A stretch of DNA of 64,000 nt from Candidatus Undinarchaeota archaeon (GCA_964519305.1 CAZFHY010000006.1:89835-153834), one strand, 5' to 3'; shown: positions 28,823 through 38,547, counted from the stretch's first letter. Numbers and translations are program-made. The notes: generated by a model from the letters alone, not told the origin.

Positions 28823-29494
28823 ATGGCCGAGCTGCGTGTCACATGCATCGTTCCCACCAGGAACGAAGAGCGGACCATCAGTGAGCTGCTAGAACGCATC
28901 AGTCCGCACTGTGACGAGATAGTAGTGGTCGACTCGAGCACTGACAGCACCCCTGAACGTGCGGCAAAGCATGCTCGCGTCGTACGGGAGGATCAACGAG
29001 GGAAGGGGATCGCGCTCCGCACGGGAGCGCGGGAGGCCACGGGCGATATCCTCGTGTTCCTCGATGCAGATGGTTCTCACATCCCTGAGGACATACCCGA
29101 GCTGGTCCTGCCTATCAAGGAAGGCCGTGCTGACATGGTAATCGCCTCACGTTCGCTTGGCGGGAGCGAGGAGCTCTCAGGCACTCTGAACCAGTGGTTC
29201 CGGGCTACTGCTAGCGGCGTCATAACCCTAATTATCAATTACCGCTTCGATTCGTGGATCACCGATAGCCAGAACGGCTTCCGCGCCATCCGACGGGACG
29301 TGTTTCTCAAGCTCGGGACCACTGCCGTCATCTTCGACATCGAGACGGAGATGCTCATGAAGGCCCTTAAGCAAGGTCACACTGTGGACGAGGTGCCCAG
29401 TCGCGAGAAGCGACGACGGTACGGAAGTTCGGGCATCAACCTATGGTGGATGTGGTATCGGTACGCCTGGACCACCTTCCGCAACCTTGTATAA
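28823..29494 (+). CDS. Glycosyltransferase family 2 (DPM1-like)
   Basis: PTRNEE, GKG.A, DADGSH, TDSQNGFRA. Confidence 0.92.
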   Translation: MAELRVTCIVPTRNEERTISELLERISPHCDEIVVVDSSTDSTPERAAKHARVVREDQRGKGIALRTGAREATGDILVFLDADGSHIPEDIPELVLPIKEGRADMVIASRSLGGSEELSGTLNQWFRATASGVITLIINYRFDSWITDSQNGFRAIRRDVFLKLGTTAVIFDIETEMLMKALKQGHTVDEVPSREKRRRYGSSGINLWWMWYRYAWTTFRNLV

Positions 29495-29654
29495 TCATGT
29501 CGCGAGTGTCATGCCGTGTCAGGGCAGGTTAATAACCCTTAATAACTTATATTCTGCCGAATTAGGCCGTAAAACGCGATTTCCGGCCGATTTAGAGAAA
29601 CGTTTATATAGGGGCGGTGTTGCTCGGGTTCTCACACGAAAAGAGGCGAAGATT

Positions 29655-30089
29655 ATGTTCATGACTGAAGCCATGTACGACGTTGCGGCTGTTGACCTTG
29701 CAGGTCACAACTCAGCGTACGATGGCCGTCTCGTTATTCAGGGCTATGACCGCGCGGGTAACGACTTCGACTCTGGTCGATACATGGTCGATTTCGACCT
29801 TAGTGAGCGTATCGATGGCGAGTTCGACCTAATCGTCCACGGCATCGCTCAGGTTAAGAAGGACTTCGCTCACCCCAGCTCGCCCGCCTATGGTGGCGCG
29901 TGGCTCAAGTACTCCGATCACGACGATGTACACGTCTCCGAGGACACCCAAGAGACCGTCATCGACATCCGATCGGACCGCACCTACAAGATCCACCTCA
30001 TCGACGAGCCTTCAGGCACCACCCAGGATTATCTCCTCACGAAGGAGGCCGGTGAACTGATCATCGAACCGGTGCTCGGCGATCTCTAG
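29655..30089 (+). CDS. Hypothetical acidic protein
   Basis: ORF downstream of TTTATATA box at 29603. Confidence 0.65.
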   Translation: MFMTEAMYDVAAVDLAGHNSAYDGRLVIQGYDRAGNDFDSGRYMVDFDLSERIDGEFDLIVHGIAQVKKDFAHPSSPAYGGAWLKYSDHDDVHVSEDTQETVIDIRSDRTYKIHLIDEPSGTTQDYLLTKEAGELIIEPVLGDL

Positions 30090-30180
30090 GGCACCAACGA
30101 TCTCATAGCGTACTTACCCTATCTAGGTATAGCTATCCCAGTTCTCACTTGGATTGAGGAATGTTCTCGTGGCCGCGGGA

Positions 30181-30897
30181 TTATCCGATGGTCACGGTCA
30201 GCTCTTCTTGTTTGATGTGCCGATAGTTGCCGCCAGTGTCCGAGGTGCACTGAGCTGGCTCGCAGAATGCGCATTCTTCACTCATGTAAAGGCACACATC
30301 GACGGCGAACGTCCTGGTTCCCACTGTTGTGTTGGCCGGGACCGTGAGCTTAATGTTGCTGAACCCGATCTTGTGACTCTTCGCCGCGATAGTGCGCTTG
30401 CCAGAGAACCAATCCTGTCCTGAGAATGTATCCTCCTCCTTCGGGTGCAGGTTGATACAGAAGCATCGCGGGTCCAGATCGTCGTTCTTGACGGCCACAT
30501 AGAGGGAGCGCGGGGTGGAGTTGGAGGCGGCGATTTCGAAAGAGGAGGTCTCTAATGCCATCAGTTCGCTCGACATCTTCAGTTTGTCCTCGAGGCGGTC
30601 CCGTCGCTCAGCATCAGCACGGGCTTCCGGATCTAGGTTCGCATCAGTCTCGAACTGGGCACCTGTGATCCACTTCATGAAGGGCGGTATGAGCACTGTG
30701 ACCATGATGAGGAAGATGATGGCAATGAGCGTTTTGATGATGCGTGGCGGCATCTCCGTCTCATCGCCCGAGAGGGCCTTCGCCACCTCGGCGGAGCCGA
30801 CACCCTTTTTGAGCAGCGCCCTGCGGATCTCGGGTTTTGTATGTCCACGCTCCTCGAGCGTACGGATCCAATCCCGGAGCTCTTCCTGCGACGGCAT
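30181..30897 (-). CDS. Membrane-anchored protein with N-terminal helical module and Ig-like extracellular domain
   Basis: LRDWIRTLEERGHTKPEIRRALLKKG, TM helix, beta-rich C-terminus (LTVPANTTVG). Confidence 0.75.
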   Translation of the reverse strand: MPSQEELRDWIRTLEERGHTKPEIRRALLKKGVGSAEVAKALSGDETEMPPRIIKTLIAIIFLIMVTVLIPPFMKWITGAQFETDANLDPEARADAERRDRLEDKLKMSSELMALETSSFEIAASNSTPRSLYVAVKNDDLDPRCFCINLHPKEEDTFSGQDWFSGKRTIAAKSHKIGFSNIKLTVPANTTVGTRTFAVDVCLYMSEECAFCEPAQCTSDTGGNYRHIKQEELTVTIG

Positions 30898-30957
30898 CTA
30901 CCGACTGATAAAGACCTCAAGATTAAAAAAATAGATGTTCGGTATCGGGGCAACCGC

Positions 30958-31725
30958 CTACATTTTCGCGCCGCACCGGGAGCAGAACGCGGTCCTTCGC
31001 TTGTTGACGAATCCGCAAGTGTTGCAGGGGAATCCCTCAGGACCCTTGTCCTCTTCAGGTTCCTCATCATCAGTCGGTTCCGGTTCCGGTTCGGGCGGCG
31101 GTCTTACGACCGCGCCCACGGGAGAGATATGCTCAGCAATGCTGGCACCAGGTGGTGCTGGTGGGGGCTGAGGTTGTGCCATAGCGCCCCCGTACTCGTC
31201 CCTCGTTGTCTCGTTATCGGGTCCTTTCCCGGGTGCGTTGAGCTGCTCCTCAATGGCATCCACGCGAGCTGCGAGCTCAGTTATGCGTTCGGCCGATTCA
31301 GCAGCGCCTGCGCCAGCGCTGTCAAGGCCGTCATGGGCTTCGGCCCGCGCCGTCTCGAGCGCCTTGCTCAGTTCGTCCACGCGGATCTTCAGATCACGCT
31401 CCTCGCTCTCTACTCGGGTGAGGGTATCCCGTTCCTCTTTGGATAGATGGGCCTCCACGGAGCCTGCTGGCGTCTCGACTTTTGGAGCCTCAGATGGTGC
31501 CTTGTGCACAACGACCTCCTCATCGTCCGTATCCCCTGCGGTAGGGGGGAGCACCAGAGCGCTGCCCAGACCTGCGAGGGCGAACAGTACTCCGACACCC
31601 AGGAGGAACGTGGCCTTGAAGTCCATGACCATCTTCTCCACACCGAGCATGAGCATTACGAGGCCCACAGCAAGGATGGTAGCAGGGAGGATGGCGAGGA
31701 TGCGTCGTGGATCGGGTGCTGCCAT
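30958..31725 (-). CDS. Two-TM protein with coiled coil, Pro-rich segment and C-terminal RanBP2/NZF-like zinc finger
   Basis: Two hydrophobic helices; heptad region; FPCNTCGFVN.....CSRCG. Confidence 0.8.
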   Translation of the reverse strand: MAAPDPRRILAILPATILAVGLVMLMLGVEKMVMDFKATFLLGVGVLFALAGLGSALVLPPTAGDTDDEEVVVHKAPSEAPKVETPAGSVEAHLSKEERDTLTRVESEERDLKIRVDELSKALETARAEAHDGLDSAGAGAAESAERITELAARVDAIEEQLNAPGKGPDNETTRDEYGGAMAQPQPPPAPPGASIAEHISPVGAVVRPPPEPEPEPTDDEEPEEDKGPEGFPCNTCGFVNKRRTAFCSRCGAKM

Positions 31726-33570
31726 CTAACGGAACACCCCCATGACCTTGTCAAGTAGACCTTTCTTCGCTTCGGGGCGCAGGGTCTTGACCAGCTTGGC
31801 CACAGTCTTGAGGTCCGTCCGCCTGAAGTGCTTCTGCGTTATGAACTCCTCCTTCACCCGACCGTCGGCCTCGACGTTATCATTGATGAATGGCTTGGGA
31901 TCGACGACCGACACCCTTGGGGGGGAGAGGGGGTAGTTCTGTGAGAGGCGGACCTCGTAGTGCACCTTCTTGAGCTGGGCGCCATAGAGCGCCTTGTACT
32001 CTCCGCTCCAGAGGTAGATGTTATTTGCTAGCGGTTTGAACGTGGTGACCATGTCGGACACGAGGATGTTCCCGATCTCCTCAAAGAACTCCTCGGAGCT
32101 TGTGATCTCGAACTTACGCACCCTCAGACGCTCCTTAACGATCTCCAATGCCTCACAAAGGCTCATCTCGCCCTCCCATTCCAGGCCAGAACCGGGGTGT
32201 CCGAAGAGAACGAGCCCTGTGGGGGAATGAATGGCGCCGAAGAGGAGGATCCTCTCGGTCACATCGAGCCGGGAGTCGAACTTGATCATTGGGGGTGTCT
32301 GCGGGAAGTACGGGTCCACCAGGACCACGGCCTCGTAGGTGCGGCCGGTCAGCACTCCTTCACCATTGATGGTCACGGCCCAGCCTCCCAGGACCTCCCT
32401 GTTCAGGTCCTGTGCGTACTTTCCCACCTCATTGTCGGGGATCTGTGTGATGGATGGCTCGTACTTCTCGAGGTAGCCCGCCTCATAGGATAGACGGGTC
32501 GTCGGGTCCATGGAGACAAGGTCCGTGCGCTTTAGGGCCCGGATGTCCTCAAGGACCTCCGCGATATGGGTGTCCTCGGTCCATGCTGAGGTGAGGAGGG
32601 GGATAACTACTGAGCCCCCCACATCGATATGATCATTAGGGAACACGTTCCGAAGGGACACGCGGGGGGGTACCCGGGGGAATTCCTTGGGTACATCCAC
32701 GACAATGTCGAGCGTGATGCCCTGATGGGTCGTCACTGGCCCCTCCCATCGCTCCACGTTGCCCTTCACGGGACGCAGCTGGCTCTTGCGCAGTAGCTGA
32801 TAGGTCTCCAGGTACAACCGCGGCACCTCGCGGTGGACCCGCTCGATGCGACGACGTAGGGCGTCCAGTACACCGCTCAGGTCAGGGTCCTTGTTCCATT
32901 GGTAAGTGGCCAGGTTCTCGAGCTTGGCATACCCTTCCTCGTCAGTGAGCCGTGGATGGACAAGCCCTACCCGTACGGAGGGGGGGCTTTTTGGATACCC
33001 CTGAGGGAGGGTCACTATAACGATCTCGCTCTCCATACGTCCCTTGAACGTGTTCTTGCCGGACTCCTGGAATCCCTGCTTGAGCAGCAGGCGACGGTCC
33101 TTCCCAGCCTCGACACGTTCCCCGATATCGTCCAGGCGTGTGTAGATGAACTCACCCGGAGGGATCTGTTCCTCGAACGAGTAACTGTCCAGTGTGAATC
33201 GCGCCGGTGAGCGTGGATAGGCGGGAGGTAGTAGCACCTCCATTCGCTTCCCCTTGTGCTTTCCTGTTAGCGCGATCCCGCCGGTGTCCTCCTTGTGCGA
33301 GAAACCTTCCTCATGCAGAAAGGATACTTCGAGCGTCTTCTTGATCTCGCCATCGAGGAACTGGGCGAGCGGAAGACCGTCGGGGATTGGGACCTTCCGG
33401 TTCACTCCTCCCCCGGAGATGCTCGCGTTCTTGGCACCCTCCACCTGTAGCTTCACCTGGACCATCTTGCCGTAGAACTCACCACGGAGGTCGTAGATTG
33501 AGTCACCTACGAAAGAGAACCCGCTCCCACGGAGCTGATGAATCTCGCGGAGGATACGCGGGTCGGGCAT
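31726..33570 (-). CDS. Protein with five tandem ubiquitin-conjugating enzyme-like (UEV/RWD) domains lacking the catalytic Cys
   Basis: YPRSPA, YPKSPP, FPRVPP, FPQTPP, YPLSPP motifs with UBC-like downstream spacing; own TATA (TTATTAAT) about 25 nt before ATG 33570. Confidence 0.75.
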   Translation of the reverse strand: MPDPRILREIHQLRGSGFSFVGDSIYDLRGEFYGKMVQVKLQVEGAKNASISGGGVNRKVPIPDGLPLAQFLDGEIKKTLEVSFLHEEGFSHKEDTGGIALTGKHKGKRMEVLLPPAYPRSPARFTLDSYSFEEQIPPGEFIYTRLDDIGERVEAGKDRRLLLKQGFQESGKNTFKGRMESEIVIVTLPQGYPKSPPSVRVGLVHPRLTDEEGYAKLENLATYQWNKDPDLSGVLDALRRRIERVHREVPRLYLETYQLLRKSQLRPVKGNVERWEGPVTTHQGITLDIVVDVPKEFPRVPPRVSLRNVFPNDHIDVGGSVVIPLLTSAWTEDTHIAEVLEDIRALKRTDLVSMDPTTRLSYEAGYLEKYEPSITQIPDNEVGKYAQDLNREVLGGWAVTINGEGVLTGRTYEAVVLVDPYFPQTPPMIKFDSRLDVTERILLFGAIHSPTGLVLFGHPGSGLEWEGEMSLCEALEIVKERLRVRKFEITSSEEFFEEIGNILVSDMVTTFKPLANNIYLWSGEYKALYGAQLKKVHYEVRLSQNYPLSPPRVSVVDPKPFINDNVEADGRVKEEFITQKHFRRTDLKTVAKLVKTLRPEAKKGLLDKVMGVFR

Positions 33571-33619
33571 GGGCACGTGGAGGTGCGCAAGATTAATAAC
33601 GGTAGCGTCGACGGTCGGC

Positions 33620-36490
33620 TCAAGCCGGGATGCACTGTCGAGGTAATACCCATGCTCCGGGGTTTCTTGCGAAGTACACGGCCCGAGTCGCGTTGTGCTC
33701 GAACAGTACACCACTACGTTCGGTGATGACAGAGACCGTGAGCTCTTCCCATCCATCCAATGCCTTATCGCAGAACCTGAACGGCTCAAAGTGGACGAGA
33801 TAGCCGCCGGGGGCCGATGTGACGTACAGCGACTCGCGAACGGACCCGTCCAGATATGCCCGCACTGTCCGGGCAGCAGGGATGATGTCGCGGCCTGCCA
33901 CGGATACCAGAACGTCCATGTCGAAGCCCCATGCCTGGAGCACCTGGTAGATTGGCTCCTCACGGGAGCCCGGTCGTACCTCCTCGATGGTCAGGCGTGT
34001 CTCTCCGGGCGCTACTAGCGTGATATGGTCGGTGCCGCTTCCAGTGCGGCCCAGACGTGCAACGCTGACGTCCACGGTGGCGCGGCCGGCGCTCAGGGAT
34101 CCGGAGACCACGAGCGTCAGCACCCACTGACGCAGAGCGGGCACGTAGCGCATAGAGAAGACCCTCGATTCCGTACCCCGGATGGACGTTCGCAAGTCAT
34201 CGCGTGTAAGGGTCGTGACGGGACTCCCGTCCCGGGTATCCACTACGGAGACGTAGGCATGAAGGAATATGCCATGTCGTGCTTCCTCGAGCGGGACCGT
34301 CCGGGGTTCTATGGACCGGACTGTGACCTCGTAGCCGGGGCTCAAAGGACCGTACCAGAGGGGGACGGAGGAACGTGCCGCTCCCATCTCGCCGTCGTGG
34401 TCCAGTGTTAGGAACAGCGGGATGGACCCTGGCGTGAGCGTACCTGCAAGGTGGGGTGGGAGCCGGGCACGGACCCGCCAGACCTCATCACGCCACGCCA
34501 ACTCTATGTTCTCCGTAGGTAACGGGAGGTCACCCACGACCAGTGTGATCGAGTCTGCTGAGAGCCCACTGGAGACCGGGCCACCCTGCAGACGCACAGA
34601 GAGATCAAGGCTGACGATCACTTCACCAGTGGCAAGGGCGTCCATGTCCAATGCTTCTGGTCGGATGTCCTCCACCCGGACCGAGAGCCCCTCCGGCGAG
34701 CAGCCGTCCTCGCGACACATCTCGCCCGGACCGCAGACGTGACCGAACGAGGCCGCCTCGTCCGTGCAGAGGCAATGGGAGGGGCACAGCTCCCACGGGA
34801 GGATGGCCGGGATCCGTTGGAGCCCGATCCGCGCCACACGTTCGCCGTCCTCCTCCGCAACGACGAAGGGTGGTTCATCCCCGCCGCCGGCGCATCCGAC
34901 GGCCGTGCACTGCTGGCCGTGCTCGCACACGTCAACCAACCGGCCGTCCTCGGTGAAACACGCGCACACAGGGTGTCGGTCGGAAGCGGGTACACACTGT
35001 CCGCCTGGGCCCATGCAGCGAAGGATGATGTCCCCCGTGCCCAGCGATCCGTCACGGCACAGACGATCGTAATCGGTGCCTCTAAGGCCGGTCGGCACCC
35101 ATTGCTCGACCTCGAGCGGGACGGTGTGAACGCCCGATTCGGAGCCACGGAACGCGGTGAGACGGAGTTGGTAATGGCCGGGTGGGACCGTTTCGGGGAG
35201 GGTGAAGTCGATCTTTCCACAGGGGTATGTACGACGGACGAGGATGCGCGCCTCTGTCCCAGTGTAGTTGATCAGCGCCACCTCGCAACGCTCACCTGGC
35301 GTGTCGATCCACATGCGGACGTCCTCGCCCACCATGTACGATGGCTGCTCGAGCGTGACCGGTAGGGGCACGGACCTCCCGGGCTTAAGGAAGTGGACGA
35401 TGGTGTTGGCCGTGGCCGAGAGCCCCAGAGGATTGAACATGGTGACACGCACCACGTACTCCCCCTCTTCGGACTCTGTCGAGAGCGTGAGCGGGACATA
35501 GAGGCAGGAGGGGAGACCGTACTGGGCGTCAATGACATTACCCTCGTGCAGCAGTTCGACGGAACAGGCAGATATGCCGGCCCCGGCGAAGGCGCCCACG
35601 ACCATCGTCTCGCCGAGGAGGAACGTGTCCGTCACACGGCCGGCACCGTCACCTACTACAAGTGTAACAGGGAAGAGGCGCGGCCTGACGAGCACCTCAG
35701 CAGTGGCGTTGATCAGGACATTGAAACCCTTGTACTTGACCAGCGAGTGTATGATGACGGGCGTGGCAGGGCACTGGCCACCTTCGTACTCCTCGCACCC
35801 CATCCCCGCAGGATCGAGCTCGAGAAGGGCGGAGTCACAGGTGAAGCATGCGCGGGGCCGTCCGAGGGATTGACCATCGATGGAGAACGCACCCCATACG
35901 ATGAACTCCACCTCGTCGCTGAATGAGAATGTTACGATGTCCCCTGCATAGTACTGGTCGAGGTCGGTGACCAGCGGGGCGTTGGTGATACAGTCCTCGG
36001 TCCCGTCCCGACACTGGAGGGGGAACTCCAGGCCCACTCGCTCCTTGCGTGTGATGTGGCTGGTCGCCAATCCTGTCGTAGGGAGGGTATAGGTGACGGT
36101 GCGTTCGCCGACCTCCTCTGCCTCGTCCACGAGTATGAACCCGCGGGGTGTGTAAGAGAACTTGAGGGTGGGTCGCAGCTCCTCGAGCGAATACGAGCGT
36201 GCCACAGTGAGCAGGGGCTCAACGGTGGTGAACCGTAGCGTGACAGAGTCACCGGTCACGTCGTAGGTGCACGCGCGAGTGTGCGCGGGTGCGAGCTGGG
36301 CACAGGCGCGGTCGAGCACGCCCGGTTTGAGGAGAGTGTCCATCAGTCCATCACCCACACCGTCGAGGGTCACGGTGATGTGGTTGATGGGAGAGCGTGA
36401 TACATCGACCTCCTCTAGGATGGTATCCACGACCACAGCTGTCGCGGGAGCGACCACTAGGAGCAAGGCCAGGAGGATGGCGCTCCTCAT
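33620..36490 (-). CDS. Large secreted multi-domain protein (Ig-like and Cys-rich domains)
   Basis: Signal peptide MRSAILLALLLVVAPATA; Y..G(D/E).V Ig-like motifs; Cys-rich middle; ATGA overlap with upstream gene. Confidence 0.75.
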   Translation of the reverse strand: MRSAILLALLLVVAPATAVVVDTILEEVDVSRSPINHITVTLDGVGDGLMDTLLKPGVLDRACAQLAPAHTRACTYDVTGDSVTLRFTTVEPLLTVARSYSLEELRPTLKFSYTPRGFILVDEAEEVGERTVTYTLPTTGLATSHITRKERVGLEFPLQCRDGTEDCITNAPLVTDLDQYYAGDIVTFSFSDEVEFIVWGAFSIDGQSLGRPRACFTCDSALLELDPAGMGCEEYEGGQCPATPVIIHSLVKYKGFNVLINATAEVLVRPRLFPVTLVVGDGAGRVTDTFLLGETMVVGAFAGAGISACSVELLHEGNVIDAQYGLPSCLYVPLTLSTESEEGEYVVRVTMFNPLGLSATANTIVHFLKPGRSVPLPVTLEQPSYMVGEDVRMWIDTPGERCEVALINYTGTEARILVRRTYPCGKIDFTLPETVPPGHYQLRLTAFRGSESGVHTVPLEVEQWVPTGLRGTDYDRLCRDGSLGTGDIILRCMGPGGQCVPASDRHPVCACFTEDGRLVDVCEHGQQCTAVGCAGGGDEPPFVVAEEDGERVARIGLQRIPAILPWELCPSHCLCTDEAASFGHVCGPGEMCREDGCSPEGLSVRVEDIRPEALDMDALATGEVIVSLDLSVRLQGGPVSSGLSADSITLVVGDLPLPTENIELAWRDEVWRVRARLPPHLAGTLTPGSIPLFLTLDHDGEMGAARSSVPLWYGPLSPGYEVTVRSIEPRTVPLEEARHGIFLHAYVSVVDTRDGSPVTTLTRDDLRTSIRGTESRVFSMRYVPALRQWVLTLVVSGSLSAGRATVDVSVARLGRTGSGTDHITLVAPGETRLTIEEVRPGSREEPIYQVLQAWGFDMDVLVSVAGRDIIPAARTVRAYLDGSVRESLYVTSAPGGYLVHFEPFRFCDKALDGWEELTVSVITERSGVLFEHNATRAVYFARNPGAWVLPRQCIPA

Positions 36491-38547
36491 GCAGCGCACC
36501 CCCGTACACCTGCGACCTGTACGAATCCGTGGTCGGTCTTTGTAGTGAACAGCGGGTCCATCACCACATCGTGCTCGCTATCCCCCTCGATGGTTAGGAC
36601 GGTGGCGGCGGTGCGCACCTTGTACACCGGGGTGCCGTCCTGGTCCGTTGGTGTCGCAAGTAGGATGTACCGTCCGGGGAGCACTCGTGGGAAGGCATAC
36701 CGCCCGTCAGCATCGGTCCGTACCTCGAGCATCTCCAGGTCGGGATCGACGGGAAGGAGCGTTAAACGTACCGCTGCCGGTGGGGAGCCGGGAACGAATA
36801 CCAGTGGTCGCATGTCAGCGATATCACTGCACGGCCCCTCTGCTACATTTTCTGTTCGGTGGTCAAGGCAACCTAGTGTGAACGTTTCTGCGCACAGTAT
36901 GGTGGTGTTCTCGGCCACGATCCCTGTCAGTGAGGCATACTGCGGGAGCACAACGTCGATCGGTACTTGGGCGGGGAGAACGACGTTCACGGAGGTACCT
37001 CCTACGCCCTCTGTGTCGAGTGGGATCACTGTGAGACGGCGGATACCGCAGGGGAGACCTGAAAGCAGGGTCTCGCCCGATACATCGAAGGTCAGCGCAC
37101 CACCACAAGGCTCCACTATGACCTGTACCCGTTCTGCACCTACGGGCCGGATCGTCGCTTCGCAGGTCCCCGTGCAGGCGAGGTCCACCTCCCGAGGTGG
37201 TCCATTGGCGGCCTTAGGTAGGATCGTGCCTCCGCCAGTTACCAACCAAGGAACGATCACGAACCGCAACCGGAGGGGGCGCATGAGCGATCCGGATGGA
37301 AGGCGCCCGGCGGGTGTGAGGTCGGTGAGCTCCACCTCAAGAGGGAACTGGATGTCGTAAACGGCCCGGTAGCTCTTGTACCATGGAGCGCGACCTGAGC
37401 ACAGATCGACCGCGCACGGTCGCTCATCCCTGGCGACACCACGCACCGTGATGGTGCGTTCGCCCCCGTTTACGGAGAGGTTGAGGAGAGGATAAGCGCT
37501 AGCGGCCCCCTCTCCCTTGTCGCCCAGGCGGGGCCGTGCCGACCAGGATAGAGACCGCATGAGAGCCACAGGGTCCGCCGCGTCCTCGTCGACACCGGCC
37601 AACTCGGCACCAAGTCGGCTGAACAGACGTTCGGACCGCATGCGTGCTGCAAAGAGGGTCGCGGCCACGCCGAGGTCCTCTCCGATAGCTCTTCGCAGGG
37701 CCTGTTCGTCCAAGGCCACGTTGCCCTCGTCTGTCATGCAGAAACCAGGATGGCGACGTCCCCTGGCGTCAGGAAGCGTGAACGGATCGCAGGTGAGGTC
37801 CGCAGTGGGGCCCGGTACACGTGGATCACGCTCCATGAGGAACGCGGCCAAGCTCTCGATCCCGCGGTACCAGAGGTTATCGACCTCGCCTGATTCGGGG
37901 CCCGCCTCGGTGTACAGCTGTGTGACAGCACGCGCGATGCGTACAAGGCGGAGTAGACGTAACGGCAGCTCAACTGCCACCGGTTCCTTGATGGAGGAGC
38001 TGGTCCCGTCACGTGTTATTGTCAAAGGGATCTCGGCGGAGAGGCGAACGAAAGCGTCCCCGACCTCCACGTCACTGGTTCCGAGGGAGATGCGGTCACC
38101 GTCAAGCTCCAATCCGTCGATCCCCTCCACGCCCGCGGTAGCGAGCTCCTGGATGTTGGCCTCCAAGCGACGGGCGACCGCCTCGCGCACCATGGCGCGT
38201 ACCACATCATCAGCGGGGAGGTTCACCGCACGACCGCCGAGCACGAACACAGGGATGCCGTCCAGGGATGGCTCTGGGACCGCCGAGGGCGCGAATCCTC
38301 CGCTCTGAGCGACCTCGTCCACGGCCTGTGCCAGAGACTCACGTACTACCCCTTCCAGGATCTCGTGGAGCCGGACCGACTCGTCACGCACCTCGACCGC
38401 CTGTCGGGTGTCGTCTTTGATTTCCTGCTCGATCCGTCGGGGTGCCCGCAGAGCAAGGAACAGCACCGTGACCACCAGCGCGAGCGCAACGATGGCCAGA
38501 ATTACGGTCTGACCTCTGCGGTTGAAAAGGTCCCTCCCCCTGGACAC
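36487..38547 (-). CDS. Large class III signal peptide (pilin-like) protein with C-terminal carboxypeptidase-regulatory-like domain
   Basis: RRGQ followed by a hydrophobic helix; AQSGGF; TDADGRYAF..V.PGRY. Confidence 0.75.
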   Translation of the reverse strand: MSRGRDLFNRRGQTVILAIVALALVVTVLFLALRAPRRIEQEIKDDTRQAVEVRDESVRLHEILEGVVRESLAQAVDEVAQSGGFAPSAVPEPSLDGIPVFVLGGRAVNLPADDVVRAMVREAVARRLEANIQELATAGVEGIDGLELDGDRISLGTSDVEVGDAFVRLSAEIPLTITRDGTSSSIKEPVAVELPLRLLRLVRIARAVTQLYTEAGPESGEVDNLWYRGIESLAAFLMERDPRVPGPTADLTCDPFTLPDARGRRHPGFCMTDEGNVALDEQALRRAIGEDLGVAATLFAARMRSERLFSRLGAELAGVDEDAADPVALMRSLSWSARPRLGDKGEGAASAYPLLNLSVNGGERTITVRGVARDERPCAVDLCSGRAPWYKSYRAVYDIQFPLEVELTDLTPAGRLPSGSLMRPLRLRFVIVPWLVTGGGTILPKAANGPPREVDLACTGTCEATIRPVGAERVQVIVEPCGGALTFDVSGETLLSGLPCGIRRLTVIPLDTEGVGGTSVNVVLPAQVPIDVVLPQYASLTGIVAENTTILCAETFTLGCLDHRTENVAEGPCSDIADMRPLVFVPGSPPAAVRLTLLPVDPDLEMLEVRTDADGRYAFPRVLPGRYILLATPTDQDGTPVYKVRTAATVLTIEGDSEHDVVMDPLFTTKTDHGFVQVAGVRGCAA

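Noticed and set aside
31726-33570. Active E2 ubiquitin-conjugating enzyme or CBASS/Bil-type defence E2
   Set aside because: No Cys at the catalytic position in any repeat, and no adjacent E1, JAB or Ubl gene.
36545-38308. Long plus-strand ORFs (36545..37360, 37517..38308) and the many other antisense ORFs in the track
   Set aside because: Ser/Arg/Pro-rich shadows of GC-rich genes with no motifs.
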